Part shown: one piece after another, positions 48,500 through 61,038 of the stretch
How the letters are laid out: each line of letters starts with the position of its first letter
Position numbering within the stretch: position 1 is the stretch's first letter
Assembly: GCF_009914755.1 (NCBI RefSeq)
Contig: NC_060942.1
Strand: one strand, 5' to 3'
Origin: the human T2T-CHM13v2.0 reference genome, Homo sapiens
Length of the DNA: 64,000 nucleotides
Position numbers and translations under genes: made by a program
The notes under the pieces: generated by a model
Database searches by the model: none
What the model saw: the letters and a program-made list of their open reading frames with translations, nothing else
Told to the model about the DNA's origin: nothing

Positions 48500-49064
48500 G
48501 TAAAAAGTAAAAAACAAAAAAGATAATGGGAGATAGAGATGGTGAGGAAGGAGAAGAGGAGAGGCTGCAGGGGTCTGATCTCAGGCATCGCGGCCTATCT
48601 GGAGGCAGAACCTACGGCCTCAAGTGAGTCTTGGCTGGGTGGAGGCGGCAGGACCTGGGAGGAGCAGCCCAGTTCCAAACTGGAGCATAGAGGAAGACGG
48701 CTCTGCCACAGGAGAGACACCAGACTTTGCAGCTGCACTTGATGAGCAGGAGCAGAAAGTGCTTACGGCATTATAATAATTTGTGTCCAAAATGAAGTGG
48801 GATATTCATCTTTACCCATAGTAATTTTGTTCAATGTGATTTAAATGTGTTTGCAAAAGGAAGGGCATCTCCTAATTCCTAGCTGAATACCAGAGCTTTG
48901 CTTAGATGTACAGGTGTTTCTGCCACATAGCTTTCCTACTCCTTTCCGGAAAGGAAAAAAACCAAAACGCTCAGCAATTTTCACTGCACTGTTCTCTCTC
49001 TAGGGTCCCGATAGTTTGTCCATATGCTTATTACTGACCATTTTTGCAGGTCGCTTTTTACAAA

Positions 49065-49322
49065 TTTATTTATTTTTTGAATTGAAAAATAAATATTGTA
49101 TATATTTGTGGTATACAACATGATGTTTTGAAACATGCATACACGTATCATATATTCATATACATATATCAAGCTAATTAACATATCTATTACCTTATAG
49201 ATTTGCCATTTATTTGCGGTGAGAATACTTAAAATTCTACTCTTGTAGCAATTTTCAAGTATACAATGCATCTTTATTAACTATAGTCACCATCTTGTTC
49301 AATAGATCTCTTGGACTTATGC
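49065..49322 (-). mobile_element. L1MA 3' end
   Basis: tatacaacatgatgttttgaaa...gcaattttcaagtatacaat...ttattaactatagtcaccat. Confidence 0.88.
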
Positions 49323-50366
49323 CCTAAGGTCACTTTTTAAAGACAAGATCTAGTTCTTTTTCATATAGATTCTCATTTTTAAAGAATGCATGGTTAGCAA
49401 ATACATTGGAAAGAGTGGAACTTCAAAATGCGAGAGAATTTAAAAAGTAGGATTGTTTGTCTCCAAAGACCTGTATTTTCATACGGGCAGAATGCCGGAT
49501 ATTTGCCCCCATCAGACGAAAGGGTATTTTATTGATGAGAACACTCAGTTTTCCTCTGCACTTGCTCCACTGTCACCTTTTGTGATTTGATTCAAAGCTA
49601 GCAAGGAAAAGGACACACTTCAGCACAACTCAGCACAGGGAGAAGTGACTAAAGATTTGTGTGCCCACACGTGAAGTAGGAGTATCTTCTGATGCTGCAC
49701 TCTTGAGGCTTCCGTCCTCATCCCGACCCATGAGGATTCAGACCTGGCGGAGACCACAGCTCCTGCTAGGGCCATACATGTAGGAGGCAGGGCTGTGAGG
49801 TGAGGGAGTTAAAAGGTTGCAAAAAGATTTAAGGATCTTAGAGGGAGGGAAGGAAGAGCAGAGTTTCTGGGGAATGTTCTCTGCCCAAGGCAAAGGGATG
49901 GCAGGTGATGCCCCAGAAGGCTCTATAACTAAGAACAGGGCACTGGGGACAATCAAGAGAAAGAGTAGACTAGGTGAGAAAAACTCTCACTAAATCTCCA
50001 ATGCCCTTCAGATTCTGCATGGCTTGGGACAAAATGCTTGAGATTGAAATAAAGGACTGATTGACTATTTTCAGGGTGTCCCAGGATGGCCTGAACTGGA
50101 TAATAGAGAATTTATGGTATACTGTACCATCTATATGTATATGAAATATAGTGATGGATTCTCTTTCACAGGAATTTCCTCAATCATCCTAATCTAGTGA
50201 TTCTTCCCTCCTCTGATCTCCTACAACACATACTTTTCATTGCTAATGTCTTATGACAACTCTTCTGTAGTTATCTTGACTACTTTTTATATTATATTAT
50301 TGGTTACTATTTAACTTTCTTTTCCTGATGGGTAAAAGTAAAATGCATTTTCTAATAAAAAATAAT

Positions 50367-50553
50367 GCACAGAGAGCATATCTGGTCAGAAATAATAGGA
50401 AGAAGAAAAAAAGAGGCTCTTGGGGCAGATAAAATAAAATAAAAGATCTTCATGGAATGGAAACACTTCTGAAACTTCTCCAGTTTGTAGTCTTTTGAAA
50501 GAAAAAAATCAGAAAATCCTAAGGCAAAGCATACAGGATCTTAACCATTTTTC
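50367..50553 (+). repeat. Local direct repeat, copy 1 (187 bp)
   Basis: Aligns end to end with 52298-52490; about a dozen substitutions and 2 indels by eye. Confidence 0.95.
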
Positions 50554-52297
50554 ACTGTGATTTTCACCTTGCTTTTCAGGATGCAGGTTTTGTTGTCATT
50601 AAAATGTTTATCTCTAAAAGTCACACTGTCTCCACGTCATGTACATATCTCAGCTACTTCGGCACACTTATACATGGACGTGTGCCTTCTTCAGATCACC
50701 TTTGACTCAATACACACACTTGTGCTCCATGACACGGAAGTGACAAGATACAATGTGAATGATTAACTTTGCAATTAATATTTTCTATATTATTTTCTAT
50801 AATATAGAAAATGCATTTGCTTTTGGAGCAGGACAGACAGACTTGTGATTTGGTGCTGGTAATTAACTTCTCTGAACATCAATGGGGGTACCTCTCAGAG
50901 ACGTGGTGAGGTTTCCATGGGATAGCCTGTGATCAGTTCTTATTATCTACATGCCTGACACATGGTAAGCCCTTAAGACATTCATTCCATTTATAGCCCT
51001 TCTTCTCCTCATCATTAAGTCTTTTCTCTCCAGCTGGTTTGGAAGCTCAGTGATGGCAAGAAGCCCATTTTGTACTGGTTGGTATATTCTACAACATTCT
51101 AGCACCGTGAGTCGCAGACTTAGGTAATTAATAATTACTTACAAATTTGAATTGAGAATGTGATGGAATGGTGGAAAATCAAAACATGAACCATCATTGC
51201 TTAGATATCTTATGAAATTTGTTTTGAATTTTTTTCTTAAGTGTCATTTTCTATAATTACTAAAACCTTCATATGATGATTAAAGAGTAAAGTGGTTTCA
51301 CTATTGCTTGTATCTGAGGAATTATAATAACATATCAGGAACAAAGGTTCCCAAAAAACTTGCTTATAGAAAATATTAGATGCATACTTATTAGAGGGTT
51401 CTTTTGGGCGGTTCTTCAGAGTCAAAGGAATATAGAAAATATTTATTTTTTAGATTTATTTTTCCTTATTTGAAATTTCAAAGCAAAATTATATGCACAT
51501 TTTTTCTTATTCATTAATTTAGTATTTGTAAGAATGTAAGGGTTATCCATCAGGAAAAAGAAAAAGGTACCTTGAATTAATAATGATAATTATAGTGATT
51601 GCCATTACTTAATTATGCCAGGTACTTATATAATCTCAAAACAGTGCTATAAGGACAAATTTATTTGTATGTTCTAACAGGACCCTAAATTCAACATTCC
51701 CCAAATAAAGCTCATTTGCCTGATGTACTCACTATGTGTCAGTATCTGCTTTTAACAGAGGAAGCAGCTGAACCTCCAAGGATCTGTGGCTTGCCAGCTC
51801 ACACTAGTTGTTGGGGGTGCCAAGAATCTATTTTCCATGAAGTAATGTACAAAATGAGCCATCTCAAGTACCACCGCTACTTGAGACATCATTAGGTTAA
51901 AAAAATGCTTTATGTTCTCTATCAAAACTGAATGCAAGATTAAACCTGTAAAAGAACAAACTGAACAAAGAATGATTAATACCATAATGTAAGATTATGG
52001 CATTCCTCATACCCCACCCTCCTTCCAAGAACAAACAAATCTAAATTACCCCCGTTTAAAAAAGACTCTCCTATTATGAAAGAAGCACTTGTAAAACTTG
52101 CCAGAATGGGAAAATAAATCATCAGCCCATTCTAACGTCTACCGCATTGTTTAAAGAGATAACAGAATCAGCAGGACCATTGCAGCTAGGCAAGTTCTTA
52201 GACAACACCCCTATAATGACTGAGTTACCACTGAAATGCTCCCCGGGAACATGAAACTGCAACTTGTGGTAGAGGTTTCTTTCCCAACAAAAAACAG

Positions 52298-52490
52298 GCA
52301 CAGAGAGCCTATCTGGTCAGAAATAATGGGAAGAAGAAAAAAAGAGGCTCTTGGGGACAGATAAAAGAAAATAAAAGATCCTCACGGAATGGAAAAGCTT
52401 CTGAAACTTCTCCAATTTGCAGTCTTTTGAAAGAGAAAAAAATAATCAGAAAATCCTAAGACAAAGCACACAGGATCTTAATCATTTTTC
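52298..52490 (+). repeat. Local direct repeat, copy 2 (193 bp)
   Basis: gcacagagagcctatctggtcagaaataat...caggatcttaatcatttttc matches 50367-50553. Confidence 0.95.
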
Positions 52491-52492
52491 TT

Positions 52493-52610
52493 AATCTGCC
52501 TACACCTTGATCTCGGACTTCAGCCTCCAGAACTGTCAGGACATCAATTTCTGTTGTTTCAGCTGCCAGTTTGTGGTCCCTTCTCATGGTGACCTAAGAA
52601 AACCAAAATC
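52493..52610 (+). mobile_element. MLT1 LTR 3' fragment
   Basis: caccttgatctcggacttcagcctccagaactgt...aatttctgttgttt, homologous to the 3' part of the LTR at 12280-12395; 5' part absent. Confidence 0.8.
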
Positions 52611-52699
52611 CCTTGTGAGGGCAGGTCCCTTCAGTGGTCTCCCCTGACTCAGGATGGCTTCAGTCTCTACAATGTCTCAGAGGTCATATCACCTCAATT

Positions 52700-53480
52700 A
52701 CCCCAAGTCTGCCCTGTGCTAGATCATTCAAATGGAAATCCCAAGTCTGCACTGACTAAGTCTCAGTTGCACATTTTTGGCTGCCTTGAGACTGCTTCAC
52801 TTGTCTGTTCTGACAGCACTCTAAGCTCCAGGTGTCTAAAATAATTCCTCCTCTGATGAGACTGATGTACTCCTCTCACATTCACCCTGTCACCCAGGCT
52901 GGCGACTCTAAAGCCATCTTTAATGATCTTTCCCAATGCTTCTCACAGCCAAGCAGTCATCCCCTTTCCTTGCCATTCCTTCATTTTCACTTCTTTGGCA
53001 TTTTCTCTGCCTCGACCTTGGTTGAGGCCTATTTATGTTAGGCCAGTCCACAATCAACTCCTAATTGAATCCCCTGCCCCTAGTCCTACCTTGTTGCATG
53101 CATGTCTCACCAGCCCAGGTTCATCTTTCCCCTGTTAATCCATCTCGGTGTTTGGGTCTTTATTTTGCCCACAGAGCTCAGCCGGTTCTGAAGGCCCTGG
53201 CATATTTGATTCCTGACCAATCTTCACCATTGTCCCCTGCCTGTGTCCTCCATTCAGACAGGTTTATTGACCCATCCCAACCATGCCTTGTATTCACTCA
53301 GTGAGGAGCTATGTCTTATTTCCACCCTCATTGTTTTTGTTAAAGCCATTGTCCCTTCTTGGAAATCACTTGCATTTATCTAATCCTAACCCATTCTTTA
53401 AAGGTAATTTCACATCTCATGACTGTGTGAACCCTTATTCAAAGATACCAGCCACATGCATCTGCCTCCTTGAGTTCCTC
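52700..53480 (+). mobile_element. Diverged L2 LINE fragment
   Basis: cagcactctaagctccaggtgtctaaaa...ccctgtcacccaggct...ctgaaggccctggcatatttgattcctgacc. Confidence 0.55.
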
Positions 53481-54748
53481 TAACATATCCTGATCCCCTT
53501 TCTACCTTGATTAGCAAGAACCTCTGAGCCACATGTGATCCCCAGTGTCATACTGTCTCCCTCTCTTCCTGATGTGATTTATGTTATTGCTTTCAGTTTC
53601 ATTTTAAAGTCTTTTTGTAAAACATACTTTTTCAACAAGAGGACTCAAATGCTCCAGGCCTGGCTCATACTAAGCTCTGAAAAAATATTGGCTATTAAGT
53701 TACAAGCAAATAAAAAGTTAAGCTAATTACAGCTCATGGCACTCCTGTGGTTGTCAATTTTGAATCTCACTTTTCATTATTAGCTATATTTTTTGGGCAG
53801 ATGATATAACTTTCTGATCAGACTTTACTTCTTAAAGCCTGGGCCTTCGACTTACTTTTTTTTTTTTTTTAACATAGAACAAAATAAATACTCTATAAGT
53901 GTTCTCTGTTCAATGAAGAGATATATACTTCCTAGGAAGACTAACATATGTTTTAATAGATGCATTGATAAACCTGAAGGACGGGCTTACTGTTCAGTAG
54001 TGCTTTGTTCATAAATGTAGAAACATCTGCTTTGGGGTTATAGGGAAACTTCTTTCTTTTAAATTTGTACAGGCTTGAAAAATAGTTGTGCTCTATAAAT
54101 ACCCCAGTATGAGTCATTTGCTTAACTAAACAGCTGCTTACTCATTAGCCAAATGCACTTCATTTTAAGGCATACACTTAAATGAATTTTCTCCCATGCC
54201 TCTCTCCCTCCCCCAAGAGCCAGAAAAGTGATGTGCAAATACTTTTCTGGAATACAAAAGAGATACAGATCTGCCTTTGACATGGGGAATCTAAACTCCA
54301 TGATGTAGCGGAAAGTCATCCTAGCGCAAATTCATAAGCTGTCTGTATATGCTTTGCTTGTTCTTATAACAACACAGTCCTTCATTTTCTATTCCCATCT
54401 CTCCCCACACACCTCTGGAACATCCTCCCTCTTCCCATTCAAATCCAACATACCAATTCTCCCACTGGGGCACCCGGCAGGGCTTTGTTCTTTTTTTTCC
54501 TTCTGTCACCATCGCCCGTTTCTTATGCAGGTGGATAGTCTGCGTCAAGACTGCTGGTAGAAGCCATTTATTTTAATAAGTGTAAGCAAATGACAAGTAT
54601 TCTTACAAATCCTTTTGTTAAGATGGAAACACAGATCAACTTCTACAATTAGTGGCATTCAGCTATCATTTTCTATCCTTCAACTTATTTTGAACGATAA
54701 ATACAAAGCAACCACTCGCATCTTTTTAAAATTTTATTTTGATTTAAC

Positions 54749-54880
54749 TTTTTTTTTTTTTTAAAGATGGGGTCTTGCCATGTTGCTCAGGCTGGTCTCG
54801 AACTTCTGGCCTCAAGCAATCTTCTAGCCTCAGTCTTCCAAATATGTGGGATTCCAAGTGTGTACTACCATGCTCGGCTT
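54749..54880 (-). mobile_element. FLAM-like Alu left monomer
   Basis: Poly(T), then agatggggtcttgccatgttgctcaggctggtctcgaac...ccatgctcggct. Confidence 0.88.
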
Positions 54881-56219
54881 CATGCTTTTATTTTCTTTAA
54901 AAATGGTCAATATCACCATGAGTTCCTTCTTTTGGAAGCCAGTAAATGTCTAAATGTTTTGGAAGAGTCCAGAGGAGAACTTTGATTTCTAGAAAGACCA
55001 AATGAGAAGGAACAGATACAGTCTCCAGAGTTCCAATTATAGTGTAGCTATTCTCAGCAGGATTCCAATCCAACGTGGATTTTTTTCTAGCCTGCGGAGG
55101 ACATCTTCAAACGCCCAGGGCTGACATTTAGCTGTTACCCATCTGGTATGATTGTACCTTGTTAAAATCACTTTTATACCAGTTGGTAATTACCTATTGT
55201 CCTGAGCTCCCCGGATACTGGACCCTTCAATGGTGACACCCTGCCTCCCACAAAAATGTCCTATGATTTAGCAACTGAAAAGTTAATGCTCGACACAGGA
55301 CGAGGCTCTGACTACGCAGAGCCATTTTGATTGGACACTGGTTTAATAACTTGACTATCACCCTGCAAATAGCGCTCGTTTCCAGGTATGTTAGGTATTA
55401 ATTATTTTCTGGAAAACAATCTGACTGTGCTAGCTTTGAGAATGAGAGCATTTACCTCCCTAGGTTTATTTACCTCCCTAGGGTTTATTTTCCTCATCTG
55501 TCAAATGGTAGAGTGCCTTGGCTTAGTGTTCAGACTGGGTTCCAAAGTTGCCTCAAGGGGAGATTGCTAATAGATAGAAATCTGGCCCCACTTCCTGCAG
55601 AGCAGCTCCTCTTCCAGGCCTACTCACTGAGGTCCCCATTTCCTCGATTGTTTGGAGAAAGGATTTTGAAAACTGAATTTTGCTACCAAAAAAAAGTTTG
55701 GAAAACAAAAAACCCACTGGCTTCAATGGGCACTAATCTTTCGTCCTATTTAAAAATTCTAAAATTCAATTATAACTGTGATTAACAAAAAGAATGGCAT
55801 CTGTCTACCAAAAGCAAATAGCTACATTGGGTCTACTCGGTACCAGGCATCGTTCCAAGTGCTTTGCGTATTCGAACTCACTTCACCCACAGAACTATGC
55901 CTATATTATAATTATTTTTAGTTATTAAAGTCTAAAAAGTGTATGTTCAGAGATATTTATTTTCACTTTTATAATTTTCTTAGATACATTTGAGGTTATA
56001 ATTTATTCAAAGCTAACATTCCTACAATGACTATTTAATGAAATGTAATCATGATATTGTCTTTCTTATATGCTCCAATTACAGATTTCTATGCATATTT
56101 TAAAGAGCGTTTTGTCTTTAACTTTTGGATTTCATCTTGAAATCATTAGACTAAGAGTATGTGCTATACTTTATAAATTATACATTAGACTATGTATGTA
56201 CTTTCTCTGTGGCTTATAC

Positions 56220-57125
56220 CAGTGGTGCCCAACCTTTTTGGCACCAGGGACTGGTTTCATGGAAGACAATTTTTCTATGGACCAGGGCGGGGGATGGTTT
56301 CGGGATGATTCAAGCCCATTACATTTATTGTGCACTTTATTTCTATTATTACATTGTAATATGTAGTGGAATAATTGTACAACTCACCATAAGGTAGAAT
56401 CAATGGGAGCCCTGAGTTTGTTTTCCTGCAACTAGATGGTCCCATCTGGGGGTGATGGGAGACAGTGATATAAGTGTTGCTTATGTCCACTTCACTCTAT
56501 AATCTCATTTTGGTTGCTGTCACTGCAATCTCAGGATATTCCGCCTTGACTTTAACCCAGAACCTATGGGGATTTGAAGTTCTCTCAAACATACATTTCA
56601 GGACACTAGATGCAGCTATACAATTGAAGTACCTCAACTCACTTGCCACTATAAAGCCTACCACCAGAGGCAGCTTAATTGTCACTTGCCGCTCACTGAT
56701 AGGATTTTGATGTGCGTCTGTAAGCGATTGACTTATTATGGTCTCTGCACAGTTAAACCTCTCTGCTAATGTTAATCTGTATTTGCAGCCACTCCCCAGT
56801 GATTGCATCACTGCCTCAGCTCCACCTTGGATCATCAGGCATTAGATTCTCATAAGGAGCGGGCAACCTAGATCCCTTGCATGCACAGTTCACAGTAGGG
56901 TTGGCGCTCCCATGACAATTTAATGCTGCTGCTGATCTGACAGGAAGTGGAGCTCAGGCAGTGATGCAAATGATGGGGAGCGGCTGCAAATAGAGATGAA
57001 GCTTCCACTCACCTGCGATGCAGCCCGGTTCCTAACAGGCCACGGACCCGTACTGCAGGATGTCTGAAAGATGCACTGTGTACTGTACCAGTACCAGTCT
57101 GTGGCCTGGGGGCTGGGGACCCCTA
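56220..57125. mobile_element. MER1A/Charlie3 hAT transposon deletion derivative retaining a transposase fragment
   Basis: Ends cagtggtgcccaacc... and ...ggctggggaccccta; 8-bp TSD gcttatac / gcttataa; minus ORF 56497-56835 has FWVKVKAEYPEIAVTA, resembling the hAT C-terminal dimerisation motif. Confidence 0.9.
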
Positions 57126-57951
57126 GCTTATAATGTTTGTTTCTTCACTTTCAACCAAACCTGGAAATCAGTTTCTAATGCCAGTCCGCGGCTGTGGCGC
57201 TGGGTAGCTGTAAATGTGCTCAGACATTTCCTGAGCTCCAGCTCCTGACTGCCGTGGCTTAACTGGGATAAACAGCTGAATGCAAATCTGAGCATGAATT
57301 CCTCGTCACTGTCCTTTTCCAGAACATGAGGTTATGGCAGGCATCACAGGCCCGGCTGCTCCCTCCTGCCTCCACTGCTGCACTTCCGAGGCAATGGGTT
57401 GCTCGGGACTTTTGCTTCTCCCTCCCAGGACCCGGTCCCTATGCTCCTGGAGGGAAGGGAGTTGCTGGCCATGGTTACCCAGTTCCCTGGAGCAGCCTAG
57501 CTTGCGTCCTTGTTGGTGGACAGCACTGTCTTTTCTTAGTGAGTCCAGCAGAGTTGGGAAATGGAAACTATATCATGTGAGAAAGTAAAGCTGCATGGGA
57601 TGAGAAGGAGAAGGTTCTGAGGGTTCCTGTGTTTTAATAAAGTGGCAAAGCACAGGAGAGAGGGATTCCACTAATTCCTGTAGCCTTTACGGGCAGGAAC
57701 AGAGCTGGTAAGTGGCAGGCTCAGGAGGCTGTGTGTCAATGAAGAGAAGGAAGACTTCCTGTCCACTGAGGTGTCCACACTGAGGCTGTATCCACACAGC
57801 CATTGTATGATAACTCGTCAGGGATGACAAATGAATCCAAACAGGATGTGTAGCTTGAACAGATGAGCTTTATTCAGCATTAACCATCCATCCAAGACTT
57901 CAACTAGTTTGTTAATGATCCCCCAAACAAATGTTAACTTGTCAGTCTTGA

Positions 57952-58997
<1,046 letters not shown>

Positions 58998-59312
58998 GAA
59001 ATTACTACTTGTTGAGTTTTGGTTGAGTATTAAAAGAAGAATAACCAGAAATATATGTGCTATTAAATACTCCTCCTTTCTCACATTATATATGTATGTA
59101 AAGCCAGATTTGCCTTCTACAGTTTGACCAAGACAACATAGTACATGCAACAGAGTGAATAAAGAGGCAGATATAGGAATTTAGCTGCCTTCTATTAAAC
59201 CAGTTATTAGTTATAAAAATGTAAAATAAAACCACTCACTTTTTTTTGGCAAAATGGTTATTTTTTTTCTAAAATGTATGTTATTTATGTGAAGATTTAA
59301 TGGAGTTATTAG

Positions 59313-59452
59313 TTTTCCTTTCCAACTTTTATTTTAGGTTCAAGGGGTACATGAGCAGGTTTGTTACATGAGTAAATTGTGTGTCACAGGGGTTTGGTGT
59401 ATAGATAATTTTGTCACCCAGGTAATCAGCATAAAACTTTATAGGTAATTTT
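59313..59452 (-). mobile_element. Older L1PA (PA15/16-like) extreme 3' end
   Basis: caacttttattttaggttcaaggggtacatgagcaggtttgttacatg...gtcacccaggtaatcagcata. Confidence 0.85.
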
Positions 59453-60630
59453 TCAAATTTTTTTAAAATTTGTTTTAATTTCTAATAAAGTAAATATTAA
59501 TATAAAAAAACAAAAAACAAAAGACCTCATTTCCTGTATCTCTAAAGCACAAGCCCATTCTGAGATTTTATAGTTTTTTACTGATGTCTTGCTCAGACTT
59601 TTTCAGTAAATATTGAAATGATTAGAATTAAATAGAATTCTTATATATTTGTATTTACTCATCTCTCTGTATTTCCGGTGGGGGGATAGAGTTCAAGGAA
59701 AAGTTTAAGAGACGTGGTTGGTTTATTTCAGGAGTCCAAACCTTATGCTAATGAGGAAGCTTTGTCAGGGGAATTTCAGATATTGGCCAGTGGCAGTGGT
59801 GGGAACCTTGGGGTTAGCATCCTTGAAATAACACCGCAGAGGTGGTGAGTGGCCAGTGTGCCTGGATGACCCAGATTTGAGTGGGGTCTCTTCTGGAGGC
59901 TGACTGCCCAAGCAGCCTGAAGAATCACAGAGATACTTTCTGGTTGGTATTGCCCTTCTCCCTTCTCCCCAGAGCTATGCCTGATTTGGGCTGAGACAGC
60001 GGAAAATACACAATGCATGTTTCAGACATTCCTGCTTTAATATGTTAATATCTCACCCACTCTCCAGACCAGGAATCTCATATCTTGTCCTACTCTTTTC
60101 CACACAAAAAGAAAACTGCATTACATATAGAATTTTTCAGTGTAGCTGTTGCTTATCCCATTGTAACTAACCACTTTGACTTATTTTTTTGTGTATATCT
60201 TGCCTTGACACGCTTTCTTTATCGAAGACCACGGAAACATGGATTCTTTGTGATATTTTGAAAAATGACAAATTGAAGAGATTTTTATCTCTGGAGACTC
60301 AGCTTTTACATCATAAAGTACTTCTCTCCCCTGATGGCTAACCCAATCACATAGTTCCACAATAAACAAGATGAATCTAGATTCATAAGACAGTATGTGC
60401 AGAAAAATGCTGTTACTCTTTGTGGCTTCTTTCCCTGTGCCTTGAAAATGTTCATTAAAAATCTCCTACTTAGTTTGCCTCATTATATTGGTTTACTCAT
60501 ATTGGTCCCCTATTTTAATGATTTAAAGCACGTTTGAAAAGATTTCTTGTTTGGAACATCCTTGGCCAGGCCACTACTTTGTAAAGTAGGGAAGTCTGCA
60601 GGCCCTAGTTGTTCTTTTGAACTTAGTTCA

Positions 60631-61038
<408 letters not shown>

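Noticed and set aside
55451-55490. 18-bp tandem duplication tttacctccctagg
   Set aside because: Simple slippage duplication inside a probable MIR fragment, with no associated structure.
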